Positions 10,751 through 24,038 of a stretch of DNA of 64,000 bases are shown piece after piece. The notes beneath the pieces were generated by a model. That model saw only the letters and a list, made by a program, of their open reading frames with translations, was not told the origin of the DNA and made no database searches. Every line of letters starts with the position of its first letter. The stretch's first letter is position 1. The stretch is from contig BDGG01000001.1 in NCBI GenBank assembly GCA_001949185.1, positions 8,626,721-8,690,720 of the forward strand, given 5' to 3'. The translations under genes were made by a program, and so were the position numbers. This DNA is from Ramazzottius varieornatus. Taxonomy: Eukaryota; Animalia; Tardigrada.

Positions 10751-13700
10751 GGTCACTACATTGCTACAGAAACTGACACAGACAATTCCAAAGTAACTTC
10801 CTCACCCGGACTTCACTGCAATCGGTTCGGCGGTACAGTGCGGGAGCGGACGCTCTTGTGTCCCTTACCCATAAGAAAAGGCTCAGAACCCCAGATAACT
10901 GGCTTCGCACGTAACCAGGCTAACACAACTGTCAGGAAGAGGGTTCAGACGCGCTTTTGGAGCAACAATTCCGGTCTATTCCCCTGTTCCCGCCAGCGTA
11001 TTCCTCCTCCACGCTTCCTTCCTTCTGCAGAGGGTGGATACTTGGTAACTTCCAGAGTAACCTGTGAAGAAAACGCACAAATCTTGCTACCAAATGTAAG
11101 AGTGAGGATTAGATGCATAAAGGGGAACCAGGTAGTTAAGAGGGAACATTGTTACTCAGTCTTCCGTCACCACCTAACAGCACCAAGACGTGCCGGAGAG
11201 CGAGTATCGCCTCACCCCGTGAAGAGAGCCAGAGCTCCCCAACCAATTAAAAGAAAAACCGGATCTCATTCCACAGTGAACAGGTAGACCAAACAGAAGT
11301 ACTCTCTGGGAAACGTATGAGTGCGGAAGGCGTAACAGAAAGAAAAGACCAAACAGAGGGCGGATGGCGAGAAACGGCTACAGATGGCAGCACCAAAGGG
11401 AATACTATTCTGCTCTTTACAGGGCGTTGGAGCCAGGAGACACAAACACCGATCAAAAGACGACAGGAGCAGGCGGGGACGCTGACATTGGTCACCGTCG
11501 GCTAACCTGAAAGAAAAACTTTGCCGCTTCGATACTCTGGAATCGCCAAGTTAGAGCGTCGCCCAACCGAGGCCCAGTGATGTACTGGTGATTTGTCGTT
11601 TTGTCACGGAATTCGCACTGTGAATTGCGGTACTGACAAACCATTCTGACTCACACAGCTGTTGATCGTCATCAACTTTTCGGCTGAAGAAATGGCTGTT
11701 GGATCTGAGTTCCTTCTGCATCCTTCTGGCTATGATACTTCTCCAACGTTTTAATTACCTTTATTTGTCAATGAGAAGCCAGGCTTATCGTTTTGAGATA
11801 AAAGTTTGAAAGTGTGGAGAGAATGCCGGAAGAGACAGGAGGTATAGACAACAATGACTATATTTGTGAATTTCAATTTTAAACCAGCAACAAAGTATCA
11901 ATATTTTCTTTACACCATTTAAAGTCTGAAAAGTTTAAACGAGACAAGTACGCTTTAAAAGCCACCAGAGTCAAAAGATCTCGTGAACTAGGATTGAACA
12001 CTTGTTAACTTTCTGTGCAAGCAGTAGTTTTGTCGCTACATGTTGATAACAAAGATCTCGGAATTCAACTTCGAAGAGCTGAGATATCTCCATCTCGGCT
12101 AGCCGGCAAAACACTGGGATAGATTGAGTGGCTGCCAATAGAAAATGGATACTTACCAAGTCGTGAGTGCCAAAAATGTGACGTCAGTATGGTAGAATAC
12201 GATTAAAAACTGAGTCTGCCCGAGTTGTGCGTGACGTAGTTCGTCTCGATTTCACGTGGTTGCACGGTGTCTTACTGATGAGTAACGGCGTGCTGCGTTG
12301 TTCTCTGAGATTTCCCCTTCGCTTCTTCTTATTCTTCGGCGAACACATTTCAGACGCACAGGAAGACTTCCGGATGAAAAATAGTCGGGAGAATCGACTT
12401 CGTTCGGGAAAATGTCTTCGGGAAAACGACCGATGTCGACAGCTTTCCAGTACGAAAACTGACACGGCAATGTGAAAGGGTGTGGTGCAAAGCGTCATCA
12501 GACAAGATTAAGCTCCGCCCTTTGCACTTTTGTGGCGGATGGCCTGCTAAGTTTCCAATTTCTACTCGCATCCACTTAATTATTTGAATTCGCCAGTCAA
12601 CAAAACGGCAATCAACGTACTCAGATAGCTGCTGGTCCATGAACACTTATCAGCTTTTTGAGCAAGAAAAGGCTGAGTGACGCAGAGTTCGAAGACCACA
12701 CTGGGCGGGTCAGGCTGTAGCGTGCGGACAATCAACAATAGTCTCCCCGGATGCGGGATGACCAAGAGCCAATCCCGTCAATCAAAACATGTCTCTACTT
12801 CAACACACCTTCATACATCAAGTATCCGTCAACGGCACGGTGTCGGTACGCAGATGCGTGAAAGATTCGGTTGGCTCACTGGTTGTGCCTGCGGTATAAC
12901 GCGCCAGCCAATGACAACACGTTTGGTTCCTCGTCCGCCTCGAAAATTGTCATTCCTTTGTGGCCAAACTTAACATTGCCCATCTCTCTCTTTAAGGTGA
13001 GACTGTTTTTGCAGAAAGGGTTCGACAACCCAAATTCAAAACCGTCTATTAATATAATCCAATGTGCCCTCTGCATGTTGACCAGCAAAATTGACTTGAC
13101 AACTTCTATAGTTTTCAAGATATAAAATTATGAAGGTGGTTGAGTCAAACCGGAAGCAGCCTTTATGTCGACTTTCGGGAAGAGCAAACGGGGACACAAG
13201 GCGTGCGAGTGCTGATTTACTGGCCGGTGGCTTTTGGTGCCGTACAAGCGCCGATTTTCACAGCAGAGAGCACAGTGAAGAGAGGCACTACAACAACCAA
13301 CTGACAAGGCGCAACAAGCCTTTGCAGGCAGACGGTGGAAGTTGACTGGTCAAGCCTTTCTCTGTCCGGCTCGTAAAAGGAACAAACTGTGAAGCATCAC
13401 GCTGAACATTCGACCCGACCACAGTGAAAAGTCGGCTAAAAATAGTGTTCACATAGTATTAGTTTTGGACCGAGACTCGCTTTGGTTTTCGAGAAACAGA
13501 CCTCCAGTCATTTTGCCGTGCCATTTTTAAAGCTGCTCGATCAGTGTTACAGGTCGTCTTTCGAAAAAACTATCACTTTATCGGCAAGGTTCTTATCTAT
13601 AACTTTTGTGCTGGGTGGCTTCTGACTAAACACACCAGTCGACATGGAGCAACGAAAAACCAAAATCGTGTTCGTGGGTCCACAGCAGCGCAGTATGGCG

Positions 13701-14272
13701 TCCGCCTGCGTTGCGCGCACCACTACATGGCAGCATGACCATTACCTCATCATACAGAGCACTGTTCTAACGGAAAACATTCCTTCATCTCCCCTACCTA
13801 ATTGTTTGGCGAGAGATGACCTCCCCTTACAACCTCCCTTACAACCTCCCCTCAAAAGGGCCTTGCTTCGCTCGGCTGGATGACGTCGCGATTCCATGTC
13901 ATTGCAAACCATTACATCACATTATAACCTGACTTGTAAAAATCCGTTGATGTTGAGCGCCATTTGATTTTCATAGAAAACTGTCGGCAGAAAATTCACC
14001 AAGCGACACGTAGAATTTTGCATTAAAGGTTAGGGAAGCTTGGTGAATAAAGTACAGGTAAAAACCAACAATCACACACAACGAAGAAGTTGAGTTTGGT
14101 GGAGAAGGCCTTCTCTGGGCTTCATCGTTCTGACTTGTCAGAGGCACGCATACTCATTTGTAACTTTTGGGCAGCACGTTAGTAAAGAAAACCGTCTCCT
14201 GTTCACCGTCCACAACTGGCGGACATGAGCACGGTTCGTACTGGATAAGGACTGCCCAGTGAGGAACAGGTT

Positions 14273-14309
14273 CGGGCGGTGGCGGTGGCGGTGGCGGTGG
14301 CGGTGGCGG
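14273..14309. repeat. (GGCGGT)n microsatellite, encoding poly-Pro on the minus strand
   Basis: Direct reading of the sequence. Confidence 0.9.
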
Positions 14310-15246
14310 CAGCTGCAACGTCCCGGTCGCGATCCACTTAGCCAGGATCGAAACAGCAACTGCCAAAATTCCGAGGTATTCGCATCGATCCCCTGTGGTC
14401 TGTGCCGGTATAGTTGGTCCACGTGGCTTGCTGGCTGGTCTGTAAAAAAACTTCCTCGTCAGCTGACACGAACACCGAGAATCTTCTCTGGAAGAAAAGG
14501 CGGGCCGACTTTTCATAGTACAAGTTGAAGGACTGTACTGCACTGCCTTGCTACCGGAAAGCGTTCCATCTGTAGGAAGCAGCGAGTTTTTCATTTAGCT
14601 GTCCATGAGGTCCAGACCGTTGTCCAGCCAAGTGAAAACAAGAACAATGGCTCAAACATCGTCATCAACTGTAAACCTTCCGGTTTTACGGGGCATGTAA
14701 GAGTCAGTCTCGCAATCGGTATGAGGATGATATGGAGAAGGAACCATCGAAGCTGTCGGTGTACTTTTCCGTGAACGCTTCCAGCCGCGAAAAATAATGA
14801 AATTTGCAGTTGACCAACTAGAACTTCATAGGCTCCTTCCGTCCATCGACGCCGAGAACGTATGGCTACAGAGAATGTACTTCAGGGCACATGCTAGCCC
14901 GAGTCAGTACGACATGTCGAAGGTTGGGCATTCAGTCACAGCCTTCCCGCCAGTTTTCCGCCAAGGTCACAGCTTTCCCGCCTTTCCCGAAGCCGCAGCT
15001 CGATAAATCTTCGCATTCGCGCCGTCACGTTGTCGCCCAGACTGAGAAGCAACAGGCTGCACTTCTAGCAAGCAGTTTTCAGAACGTTTGAGCAACCGTA
15101 GTTTGGTCCTGTAGATTCCGAGGCTGAATGAACTTGTCTGCGTCGGTAGAGTTCATCTACCAAAAATGTTTGAAGCCAGCGTTCTAGTAAGCTTTTCCAT
15201 GCCCGGCACACCTAAAAGCAAAACAATGGGAGGGGGTTCTCAACTC

Positions 15247-15340
15247 AACTCGACGAGATTGCTTCTCCAAGTGGCGCACGTTCACAGTGGTGTTGGCTGG
15301 AAGCGCACGCCGCTTCGCAATGCGATCTTGTCAAGCTAAA
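15247..15340. repeat. Palindromic element in the F-box intron
   Basis: ACTCGACGAGATT...CCAAGTGGCGCAC...GGCTGGAAGCGCACGCCGCTT...ATCTTGTCAAG. Confidence 0.8.
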
Positions 15341-15490
15341 CGACATTTTCCTTCGGAGGTTGATTTTGCGAAGGCATCCCAGATGTACGACGATGTCCGA
15401 CTGGAGCGTCTTAGGCAAGTTATCCCATCCTACCGCGCCATTCATCGACATCCGCAGCTGGTCATTGTGTAGTAAGGATGTTCTCCATGA

Positions 15491-16745
15491 TATCAGGTGA
15501 TAAGGTATGACTTGTCGGCCACCAACATAAAATTTGGTGGCCGACAAATCTAATCCTTTTCAATCGAAGTATTCACCATTACTATCGACACACTTTTGCC
15601 ATTTTTCCGGTAGACAAGATAGGCCTTTACGGAAGAACTCGAGAGAAAGAGAACCGGCGAAGTTCTCGATGGCACTTTTCACAGCTTCTTCGGAATTAAA
15701 TTTTCTTCCTCTCAGAAAGTTATCAAAATTCAAAAAGAAGTGATAATCTGTTGGAGCTAAGTCAGGACTGTATGGTGGACGAGAAAGAGTCTCCAGACCG
15801 AGCTCGCGTAATTTGGCAGAAGTCTTTTTCGCGGAGTGAACTTTTGCGTTGTCGTGTAGCAGCAGGGGCTTGTCACGATTGACCAACTTTGGTTGCTTGA
15901 CGGTCAGCTTCTTCATCATTTCCTCCAGTTCCAGAGAGTAGTAGTGTGCTACTATTGTTTTGCCAGGAGGAAGAAAGTCATAGTGCACTATCCCTTCCAT
16001 TGTCCACCAAACAGTAACCATGATCTTGCGTTGGTGAAGCTCAGGCTTTGGAATAGTTTTCGGGACTTCACCTGGGCTCAAAATTACCTTCTTCCGCTTC
16101 CGGTTGTTGTAAAGAATCCACTTCTCATCACACGTAACAATTCGATGCAGGAAAGGTTCGTTTCTGGAACGGTTGAGGAGAGAAAGACACACGTCCACAC
16201 GATGCCTTTTCTGGAGTGCGCTAAGTTGATGAGGTACCCACTTTTCCAACTTTTTCACCTTACCGATCTGACGAAGGTGCAAATCGATAGTCACGGGTGA
16301 TACGTTGAAGTGTTGAGACAATACGGCAGACGTTTGGGAAGGATCGGACTCCACCAGCTTTCTCAGCTCGTCGTTGTTCACTTTCACTTTTGGCCTTCCG
16401 TGAGGGTGATCTTCGAGACTGAAATCTCCCGAACGGAAATGAGCATACCATCGTTCCACCGTACGTTCGTTAGTGGCGCCTTCACCAAACACATTGTTGA
16501 TATTCCGGGCTGTCTGTGCTGCGTTGGTGAATAGTCCGTAACTTGCTCTTGTCCATGGGCGCGCCAATAACTCCACAGAGAGGGCAGAAGCAACAAACTA
16601 ACATAAACGAAGCAGCGAAAGATAGTAGACGAACACTAGCATCGACACAAAAAAAACGAGGCGAAACGATCGCGCGAAAAGAGAGATATTGATTTTTCAA
16701 TGTGAGACTGGTGCGAGCCGACAAGTCATACCTTATCACCTGATA
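15491..16745 (-). mobile_element. Full-length mariner (DD34D) element
   Basis: Perfect 27-bp TIRs TCAGGTGATAAGGTATGACTTGTCGGC flanked by TA on both sides; about 1.25 kb. Confidence 0.97.
15560..16576 (-). CDS. Mariner transposase with a frameshifted 5' end
   Basis: WVPHQL, TCDEKW, HDNAK and YSPDLAPTDY with D34D spacing. The natural ATG (MDKSKLRTI, 16556) is out of frame with the body. Confidence 0.9.
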   Translation of the reverse strand: MELLARPWTRASYGLFTNAAQTARNINNVFGEGATNERTVERWYAHFRSGDFSLEDHPHGRPKVKVNNDELRKLVESDPSQTSAVLSQHFNVSPVTIDLHLRQIGKVKKLEKWVPHQLSALQKRHRVDVCLSLLNRSRNEPFLHRIVTCDEKWILYNNRKRKKVILSPGEVPKTIPKPELHQRKIMVTVWWTMEGIVHYDFLPPGKTIVAHYYSLELEEMMKKLTVKQPKLVNRDKPLLLHDNAKVHSAKKTSAKLRELGLETLSRPPYSPDLAPTDYHFFLNFDNFLRGRKFNSEEAVKSAIENFAGSLSLEFFRKGLSCLPEKWQKCVDSNGEYFD

Positions 16746-19660
16746 CAAAGGATGTTTCAGCCAAGCCGACCCCATTACCGTTTTCTTTTTTTGGAAAATT
16801 TCGGTTTTTTTGATTCGGCTGATTTGTTTCTCCGACAAATTTGGCAAACTGTTGCTTATCTTTTAATCTAACTCGAAAGCTAATCGAGTGAAATCTGGCT
16901 TTGGAAAAAAACTGCAAAGTAAATCCACAAGAGGGTTCAAAACACTCTTTATGAACCGGTCCGTGCAAACTGAAACTGTAGTTCTACCAACTTTGGTACT
17001 TTTAATAAATGTGTACAAGAGGTTGTTTATCTGGATAAGTCAAATCAGTTCACCAGTTTTCCAGCTACTCTTGCAGGAGACAGATAGTGTAGAAGTTTGG
17101 CTATTTTTCAACATGGAGATCACTTGCTGAAACTTCTTTTATCTTGAGAGAACTATCTTCCCGGAATTAATCTTCCCGGAATTTTTCAGGCCAGCGCAAC
17201 TTTCTCCGATGATACTTCCCTACAACGATTTCTCAGAACTCTGATAGATACAGTGTTAAACAAGTCAATGTTTTATCAATCTTTTGATACCCTGTCAATC
17301 ATATGAATTGTGGAGGAGAAATTTTCGATTAACTTTTTTCTACAGGGGAGCCGAGCGCCCATTTACAGTAGAGTCCGACCACCTTTTTAGCCTACCAAGG
17401 CTTCGTTCTGGCCCAAGCAAAAATATCAAAAGCGCTTTCCAGGAATGAAAATAAGCTTGTTCGGTACCAAATTGAATGTACTATCGTTTAAAAACAATGC
17501 TGACCTTGTTCGAGATGTTTTCGAGTAGTGAGAACTGTTCCACGAAACGATCAACTTGGCTGAATCAGACTGTACTAGTTGCCCGTTAACGCAAGCGTGA
17601 GCACGTTTGAGATCCGAAAAAAGAAGGCCGCGAAAGGGTTTCGAATCCGCAAACCACGAAAGCGTCGAACCGGAAACTGAGCGCAAAGGTGAGGAACCAT
17701 TGAGGATTGAGGATCACCACGATGACTGAACACCCGTAAAAAAACACGGTGCGCGGTGAAGGAGTGAGAAGTCGGTGAGTGCGCCGTGCACACGCTAAAG
17801 CTATACCGGGACGAAAAAGGAGACAGAATCGATTCTTTGGCTGAAGTCGCAGGAAGTATGTACAGGTCTTTGTGTTCCAGGAAAGCGATTCTCCTGAAAA
17901 GATATCTGAGCAAGAGCACACGATTGCATGGATGAAGGTATCTGGCGAGGTTGAAGTATCCAACGGTCTTCACGCTTTGTTACGCGGTAAGAAAACAAAC
18001 AAGGAGCACAACTTTGACATCGGAGGACAGGTGATTCGAGTTCACGATGGAAACGCGCAACCGATAATGTCGAGTTCGCAGACGGTACGTGACGCTATTC
18101 GAGCAGGTCACTCGCTGAGCTAATTACTCCACACGGAAGAAGCATCGAAGGGTATGACCGTATGCCTCGTAAACGCGACCGTGACTTCTGAAGAAGGACA
18201 CCTGTGAGACGACTCTGATGAATTATGGACGCAGCCCGAAGAAAGAAACCTACACCCAGACGTAGACCAAGAACAGCAGCTACGGTAAGTCGTAATAAGC
18301 GCTGCGGCACACTATCGTGATGCCAAGGGGTCGGCGTTGTTGAAAGGGAAAGAAGCCCCATAGAAACGGAGATAAAAGGGTAGATTGGCCTCAAATTTAT
18401 ATTATGATATCACACGTTCAATGATGTTACTCTGCAAGCCTGGCCCACTGGCAGAATCATGCGTGCAATGACGTACAGCACGCTTCAGAGCGTGGCACTG
18501 TTATGCGTGCTGCGCAAACCCTAAAAATTCTATCATGTTCACCAAACTTGATAGAGTTTATCTCAAGAGCCATGTCACTGAACTGAAATTTGAAGTTTAA
18601 GACACTCGAGAAATTTTCTTCTCGGTATGCGAAAATTGTGGTTAATGTTTTCGATTGATGAACGTCTTTACTTCCCATAGTTCGAACCGCGCTGCGCAAT
18701 AGCCAATGTGACAAACAGCTTGGTGTCCGTATGTCCTGCCCATTATGTGCCCATCGGCTTGCAGTCGGGTCGGTTTATCTGAACAATCCGGCTTCGTTAC
18801 GTAACGGCTCGAACGGTGCAGCGTACGTACACGTCTAGCGCACCGGTTTGAGTCGTGAAGTCACACCTAGCATCGCCGTTCTCCAGTTTTTTGTCGCATT
18901 TGAATTTTCCAGCGCTATAGCTGCTAACCGAACATGGCGCTCCTCCGAAACTGTTCTGGTATGTGAATGCAATGCATACACGGTACGTAAAAAATGCACA
19001 CGCGACGCAGTACTGTTGCTGGTTGGCTCCAACATACTTCCTTATTCGCTGATTCGGTTGACAATTAAGTGAAGGAATGGCTCGACCAGGGAGTCACGGA
19101 AAGTCGTCGAGCGTTCTGTCCTTTGCGATGGTTTTGCTTGACAAGCGGGATGGCGCGAAGGAAAGGTGCGTAAGCTCTCGAGCTCAGCAATAAGAAGCGG
19201 AAGAGGATCGCTCTTTTACCGAACATGTACGAAGTTTGTTGAAGCCTCGGAAAAGTCTTCTACTTCACCACTATCACATTGTATCTCAGAGAGCTTCAAC
19301 CAAACATTCCCAAGCACTGGGAATAGGGAAACAACTGCATTTGATTTCACTAAGATTGTTTCAATTCAAAAGAACGGTTTACGGACCTTATGAACCCCAG
19401 AACATCGTATTAAGCGTCTAATCCGTCAATTCCGGATTTCTGTGCGAATGCACCCCCTTTACTTACTGAGATTTATGTTCTATGCAAACATAGACATAGC
19501 TAGTTCGTCGTTTTCGTCGCTCCTTGTCACTTTTAGGCGTTACAAACCGCTCGGTCTGCAAAATATAAACTAGTGTAAAATGTAATTATACTATTTCAAT
19601 TACACTATTTTCCATTACACTTTACATAACACGGACAATCTGCGTGTAATGATCATCATT

Positions 19661-20998
19661 GTTCGGCTCAACATGGCATCGGCTGATGCGCACATAGCGC
19701 GTTAAGAGCAGTGAGGCGAGCCATAATAGCCGCAGAAATAGATGAAGGCTGTCGGCTCAACCTGGCATCGTTCAGGAGCAGTGAGGCGAGCCATAATAGC
19801 CGCAGAAATAGATGAAGGCTGTCGGCTCAACCTGGCACCGGCTGATGCGCACATGGCGCGCTCAGGAACAGTGCTGCGAGCCATAATAGCCGCAGAAATA
19901 GATGAAGGCTGTCGGCTCAACCTGGCATCGTTCAGGAGCAGTGAGGCGAGCCATAATAGCCGCAGAAATAGATGAAGGCTGTCGGCTCAACCTGGCACCG
20001 GCTGATGCGCACATGGCGCGCTCAGGAACAGTGCTGCGAGCCATAATAGCCGCAGAAATAGATGAAGGCTGTCGGCTCAACCTGGCATCGTTCAGGAGCA
20101 GTGAGGCGAGCCATAATAGCCGCAGAAATAGATGAAGGCTGTCGGCTCAACCTGGCATCGTTCAGGAGGAGTGAGGCGAGCCATAATAGCCGCAGAAATA
20201 GATGAAGGCTGTCGGCTCAACCTGGCATCGTTCAGGAGCAGTGAGGCGAGCCATAATAGCCGCAGAAATAGATGAAGGCTGTCGGCTCAACCTGGCATCG
20301 TTCAGGAGCAGTGAGGCGAGCCATAATAGCCGCAGAAATAGATGAAGGCTGTCGGCTCAACCTGGCACCGGCTGATGCGCACATGGCGCGCTCAGGAACA
20401 GTGCTGCGAGCCATAATAGCCGCAGAAATAGATGAAGGCTGTCGGCTCAACCTGGCATCGTTCAGGAGCAGTGAGGCGAGCCATAATAGCCGCAGAAATA
20501 GATGAAGGCTGTCGGCTCAACCTGGCACCGGCTGATGCGCACATGGCGCGCTCAGGAACAGTGCTGCGAGCCATAATAGCCGCAGAAATAGATGAAGGCT
20601 GTCGGCTCAACCTGGCATCGTTCAGGAGCAGTGAGGCGAGCCATAATAACCGCAGAAATAGATGAAGGCTGTCGGCTCAACCTGGCATCGTTCAGGAGCA
20701 GTGAGGCGAGCCATAATAGCCGTAGAAATAGATGAAGGCTGTCGACTCAACCTGGCATCGTTCAGGAGCAGTGCGGCGAGACATAATAGCCGCAGAAATA
20801 GATGAAGGCTGTCGACTCAACCTGGCATCGTTCAGGAGCAGTGCGGCGAGCCATAATAGCCGTAGAAATAGATGAAGGCTGTCGACTCAACCTGGCATCG
20901 TTCAGGAGCAGTGCGGCGAGACATAATAGCCGCAGAAATAGATGAAGGCTGTCGGCTCAACCTGGCATCGTTCAGGAGCAGTGAGGCGAGCCATAATG
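19661..20998. repeat. Tandem satellite of 70-bp and 90-bp units with 160-bp and 530-bp higher-order structure
   Basis: 17 copies of the core GCCATAATAGCCGCAGAAATAGATGAAGGCTGTCGGCTCAACCTGGCA. Long units carry an extra 20 bp. Confidence 0.97.
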
Positions 20999-21449
20999 GC
21001 CAGATGGATAGGAATCCCAGCAGCCAGTGAACAGGGAATTGTGGATGTTCTGGTTTTCCTTTGCGGACGAGCAGAGCTTTTCAAAGCAGCACGATCCAGT
21101 TGCAATCGTTAGATTTTCCACTGTGGGTTGCGGCAGCTGCAACAAACGTACTTCACCGGTCATGAAAGCACGTCTGTTCGAGAGAACGTAGGGCGCTGAC
21201 CCCACAGTATGGAGTTCCGGAGGAATCGGGTTGCAAGATTGAAACGTGATTCTCATGTGTAGGCGTCGCTGGGGAAGTTCAGGTGTTTAATTGAACGAGG
21301 TAATGCCCTCTAGCGGTGTTGGGAAGCCTTGTGGTAATCAAATCAGCGGGCAAAGCTCGCATGTACCGTCAGAGCGCTATCTCGTCCATCTGGACACTGG
21401 ATTTTTCCCAGCGACGCCTGGTCAACGTGGAACGATTTGCAGTGAGATT

Positions 21450-22040
21450 GTACGAGCTACAATTGGATCTGTAGTGTCCTCACCGTTTTCGCTGCGCCGT
21501 TGTGATGGACGTTTCCCACATCAAAGGCAATGTGTCCCACATGGTCCTTCGGCGCATCGGCAATGGCATCAGTTGTCAGATGTCGATCGACGCTCTTGTG
21601 CAATCACCTTAGAGCCGTTCCAGTGTCTTTCTTAACAACATCGATGTCGTGCTGCAGTTCTATTGTTTTTCAGAAAATCAACTTCGGTTAGGCCAGCGTA
21701 AGTAATCCATAAATTCAGGCAAACTGATCGATGAATATCAATAATCTGTTAGTTCCAGTGTGCTGGAATTGAAAAAGAAGCAGCCCGATCGTGGAATTCT
21801 TTACCTTGTTTCTTCAAGAGTGGCAGTTAAAAATTTTCATCAAAGCTGTTCCAAACCGTTTTGAAAGATAATTTCAGCTTGCCGACGCCCAAGGGCATGA
21901 GGCGTTTAGCAAGAACCGGTAACAAGTTCTGTGGCTACTGCTTTTGTAGTTTTCCACGAAGAACGTTCACGAATAGTATACAGTTTGCGAACCTATGGTG
22001 ATGTGTTAGACTTCTCCTTTTGAGCTGATCGAGTGTTGCC
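21450..22040 (-). pseudogene. Degenerate paralog of the orphan CGKxC gene (duplicate of ~38480-39230)
   Basis: ELQHDIDVVKKDTGTALR*LHKSVDRHLTTDAIADAPKD aligns with ORF 38476-38829. The N-terminal coding part is deleted; upstream DNA is conserved. Confidence 0.8.
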
Positions 22041-23188
22041 GTACGAGGCAGCACAATGTTAAAAAGCCTGTTTCCGAAAAATCGGCTGATTCTAATCAAT
22101 CGAGATATGATACGTCGCTGCGGGGTCCGAAGTGTAGAAATGGGCGAGATTGAGAGGTGGACCCCACACGGAAATCTTGTGGCGACAGTATCAGTCGGCA
22201 TGCCGACTGCTGATTTGGTACTCCTTAGCCACAAGGCTTCCACATGGGGTCCACTTCCACACCTCGGACCCCACAGCGACACCTGAAACGATTGCTTTTT
22301 CTCATTAAACGTATCACGAATCGTTTAGGGCGACCCCTGTTCTAATTCAACAGATTTTTATGTGGGGTATCTATGTCTGCGCGATTTTTACAGAACCGCA
22401 GCAACTTGGGTGAACTGCCCGACTGTAATGCTTGCTTCTCGGCATCGTTGTATTCATGGTCATCGTCCTTAAACTTTCAGGAACGGCCAAGTTGACTTGA
22501 TAAGCAAAGCGAAAACCATGGATGTTTGGGGCCGCGACTCTTCATTCGCGACGTGATCAGCAATCCGTATCAGCACCGCCCCATGTATCAGCACTCAATG
22601 TGCTTTCTTCTGTTTTTCCTGACGGATCTCTGCAGTACAGCGTGTCACTGCCTTGTACTGTGTACACGGAGTGACAGATAAGATTATACCGAGCAGGTTT
22701 TGCGTATAGTTAGCGCACAGCTCCGATCATCATGTCATCTGTTGCTGACCACCGTCCAGCAGCCACGCCTCCTCATTTGTTTTCTTATATAAATGAATGC
22801 CCTTCATACTGTTAGATTTGGTTTGCTTTTCCGTGAAATAGGCAAAATAGCGTTAGGATATTTTGCGCACCCCGGTGGAATAACCGGGACTATTTTTCCC
22901 ACCCATATTGTGGGTAGTGGCGGTACTTGACACCTTGAGCACGCCGCGATTTCGTGCTTTCAGAATACGATGTGGGAAAGTCGCTTTCGCCTCTCTTTAG
23001 ATGGTTGAAACCATGGAGCGGTGCTAAATCTTACCACATCTTACTGCTTGACGCATGGTGACGACCAGAAATGTGAGCCGCGGTTAATTTTCTGTATGGA
23101 AATGGAACGTTGTTAGGGTTGCACTTTACCGTGAGCACGAGGCTGACAGTTCGGACACATCACTTCGGAAAATGCCAGCTGCGATGAA

Positions 23189-23560
23189 CTAATCCTCCAG
23201 TTCGATCCTGTTGCTCGATCCATCCGGTAGGACCGGTTCCGCCGCTCTGCATTTGTCTCGTCTTTTTCGGCGCCTCCGCTTGTTCATCAGGCCTGGTATC
23301 TCAACAGGAGGCAGAATGATGCCGCCAGGCAATGGCTGAGGAGGTTGAGTCTGGATCTGGACCGATTTGCGGAGCTCCCCCTGAGATCTGCTGCGCTCTG
23401 TGAGAAAATGGATAACCGTACAGTACTTGTAACGATCGAGGCTAACTGTGTGTGCCGGTGTGGCACAAACCAAACAGTTTGATCTCGGGTTCTTGATAGA
23501 TTTACGACTCAAATCACCATAATATCTGCCATCTGAGTAGGGCGCTCCAGAATCTTCAAA
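23189..23560 (-). pseudogene. Possible UBA2/SAE2-like C-terminal fragment
   Basis: SLKIL (other frame), PRSNCLVCATPAHTVSLD, a basic NLS and a terminal IELED resemble the SAE2 LKIL...PNPNCYVCA...TV and its tail. Lies next to an assembly gap. Confidence 0.3.
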
Positions 23561-23666
23561 GATTTAATTATTTATTTGGTCTGATGTGGAGTTATATCAT
23601 AGTTTCCATGATTTTCTGTTCGTTTTCTCGTCTTCTGTGCTCCCAGTTTCCGCGTCTAGCGTTCCT

Positions 23667-23716
23667 NNNNNNNNNNNNNNNNNNNNNNNNNNNNNNNNNN
23701 NNNNNNNNNNNNNNNN
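23667..23716. other. Assembly gap (50 N)
   Basis: Run of N. Confidence 1.
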
Positions 23717-24038
23717 GTAGCTCCTCTACTCTTTCTATCCCTGCAAGGTTCACCAGAGTTCCCTGCGCATTCCTGCTTCGTTTTCTTCCAGGTTATTGGC
23801 AGTGAAGGCAGGATTGTACGCTGTTAATGTATTCATGAGCAGGTCAACATCTGAGCTCGTCTTGTGTTCCGTGATGCATGAACGTTCCAGGCTTGCAGAA
23901 CGTGCGCGAAAAATACAAACGTACATATATTCCTGTTTCTCTGGTCCTGTTTTACGACATGTTTCTTAGTAAGTGTAACGTCATAAGTTCTTGTGAGCAT
24001 GTCAATGTGTTCCCTCCTCCTCCAATCACAAGCAGCGC

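Larger units (their letters stand above)
14154..15451 (-). pseudogene. F-box protein pseudogene
   Basis: WDNLPKTLQSDIVVHLGCLRKINLRR, then an intron with a damaged donor, then VCRAWKSLL: together an F-box motif. Downstream stops and a poly-Pro tract. Confidence 0.6.

Noticed and set aside
10673-11505. 204-aa ORF or a possible LTR
   Set aside because: No motif, no second copy in the window and no convincing PBS or PPT.
13644-13720. KIVFVGP as the start of a small GTPase
   Set aside because: No GKT/S follows and no other G motifs are present.
19661-20998. CRISPR-like array or repeat-protein gene
   Set aside because: There are no unique spacers and no cas genes, and the context is eukaryotic. 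The 70-bp unit breaks frame, so the repeated 72-77 aa ORFs are artefacts.
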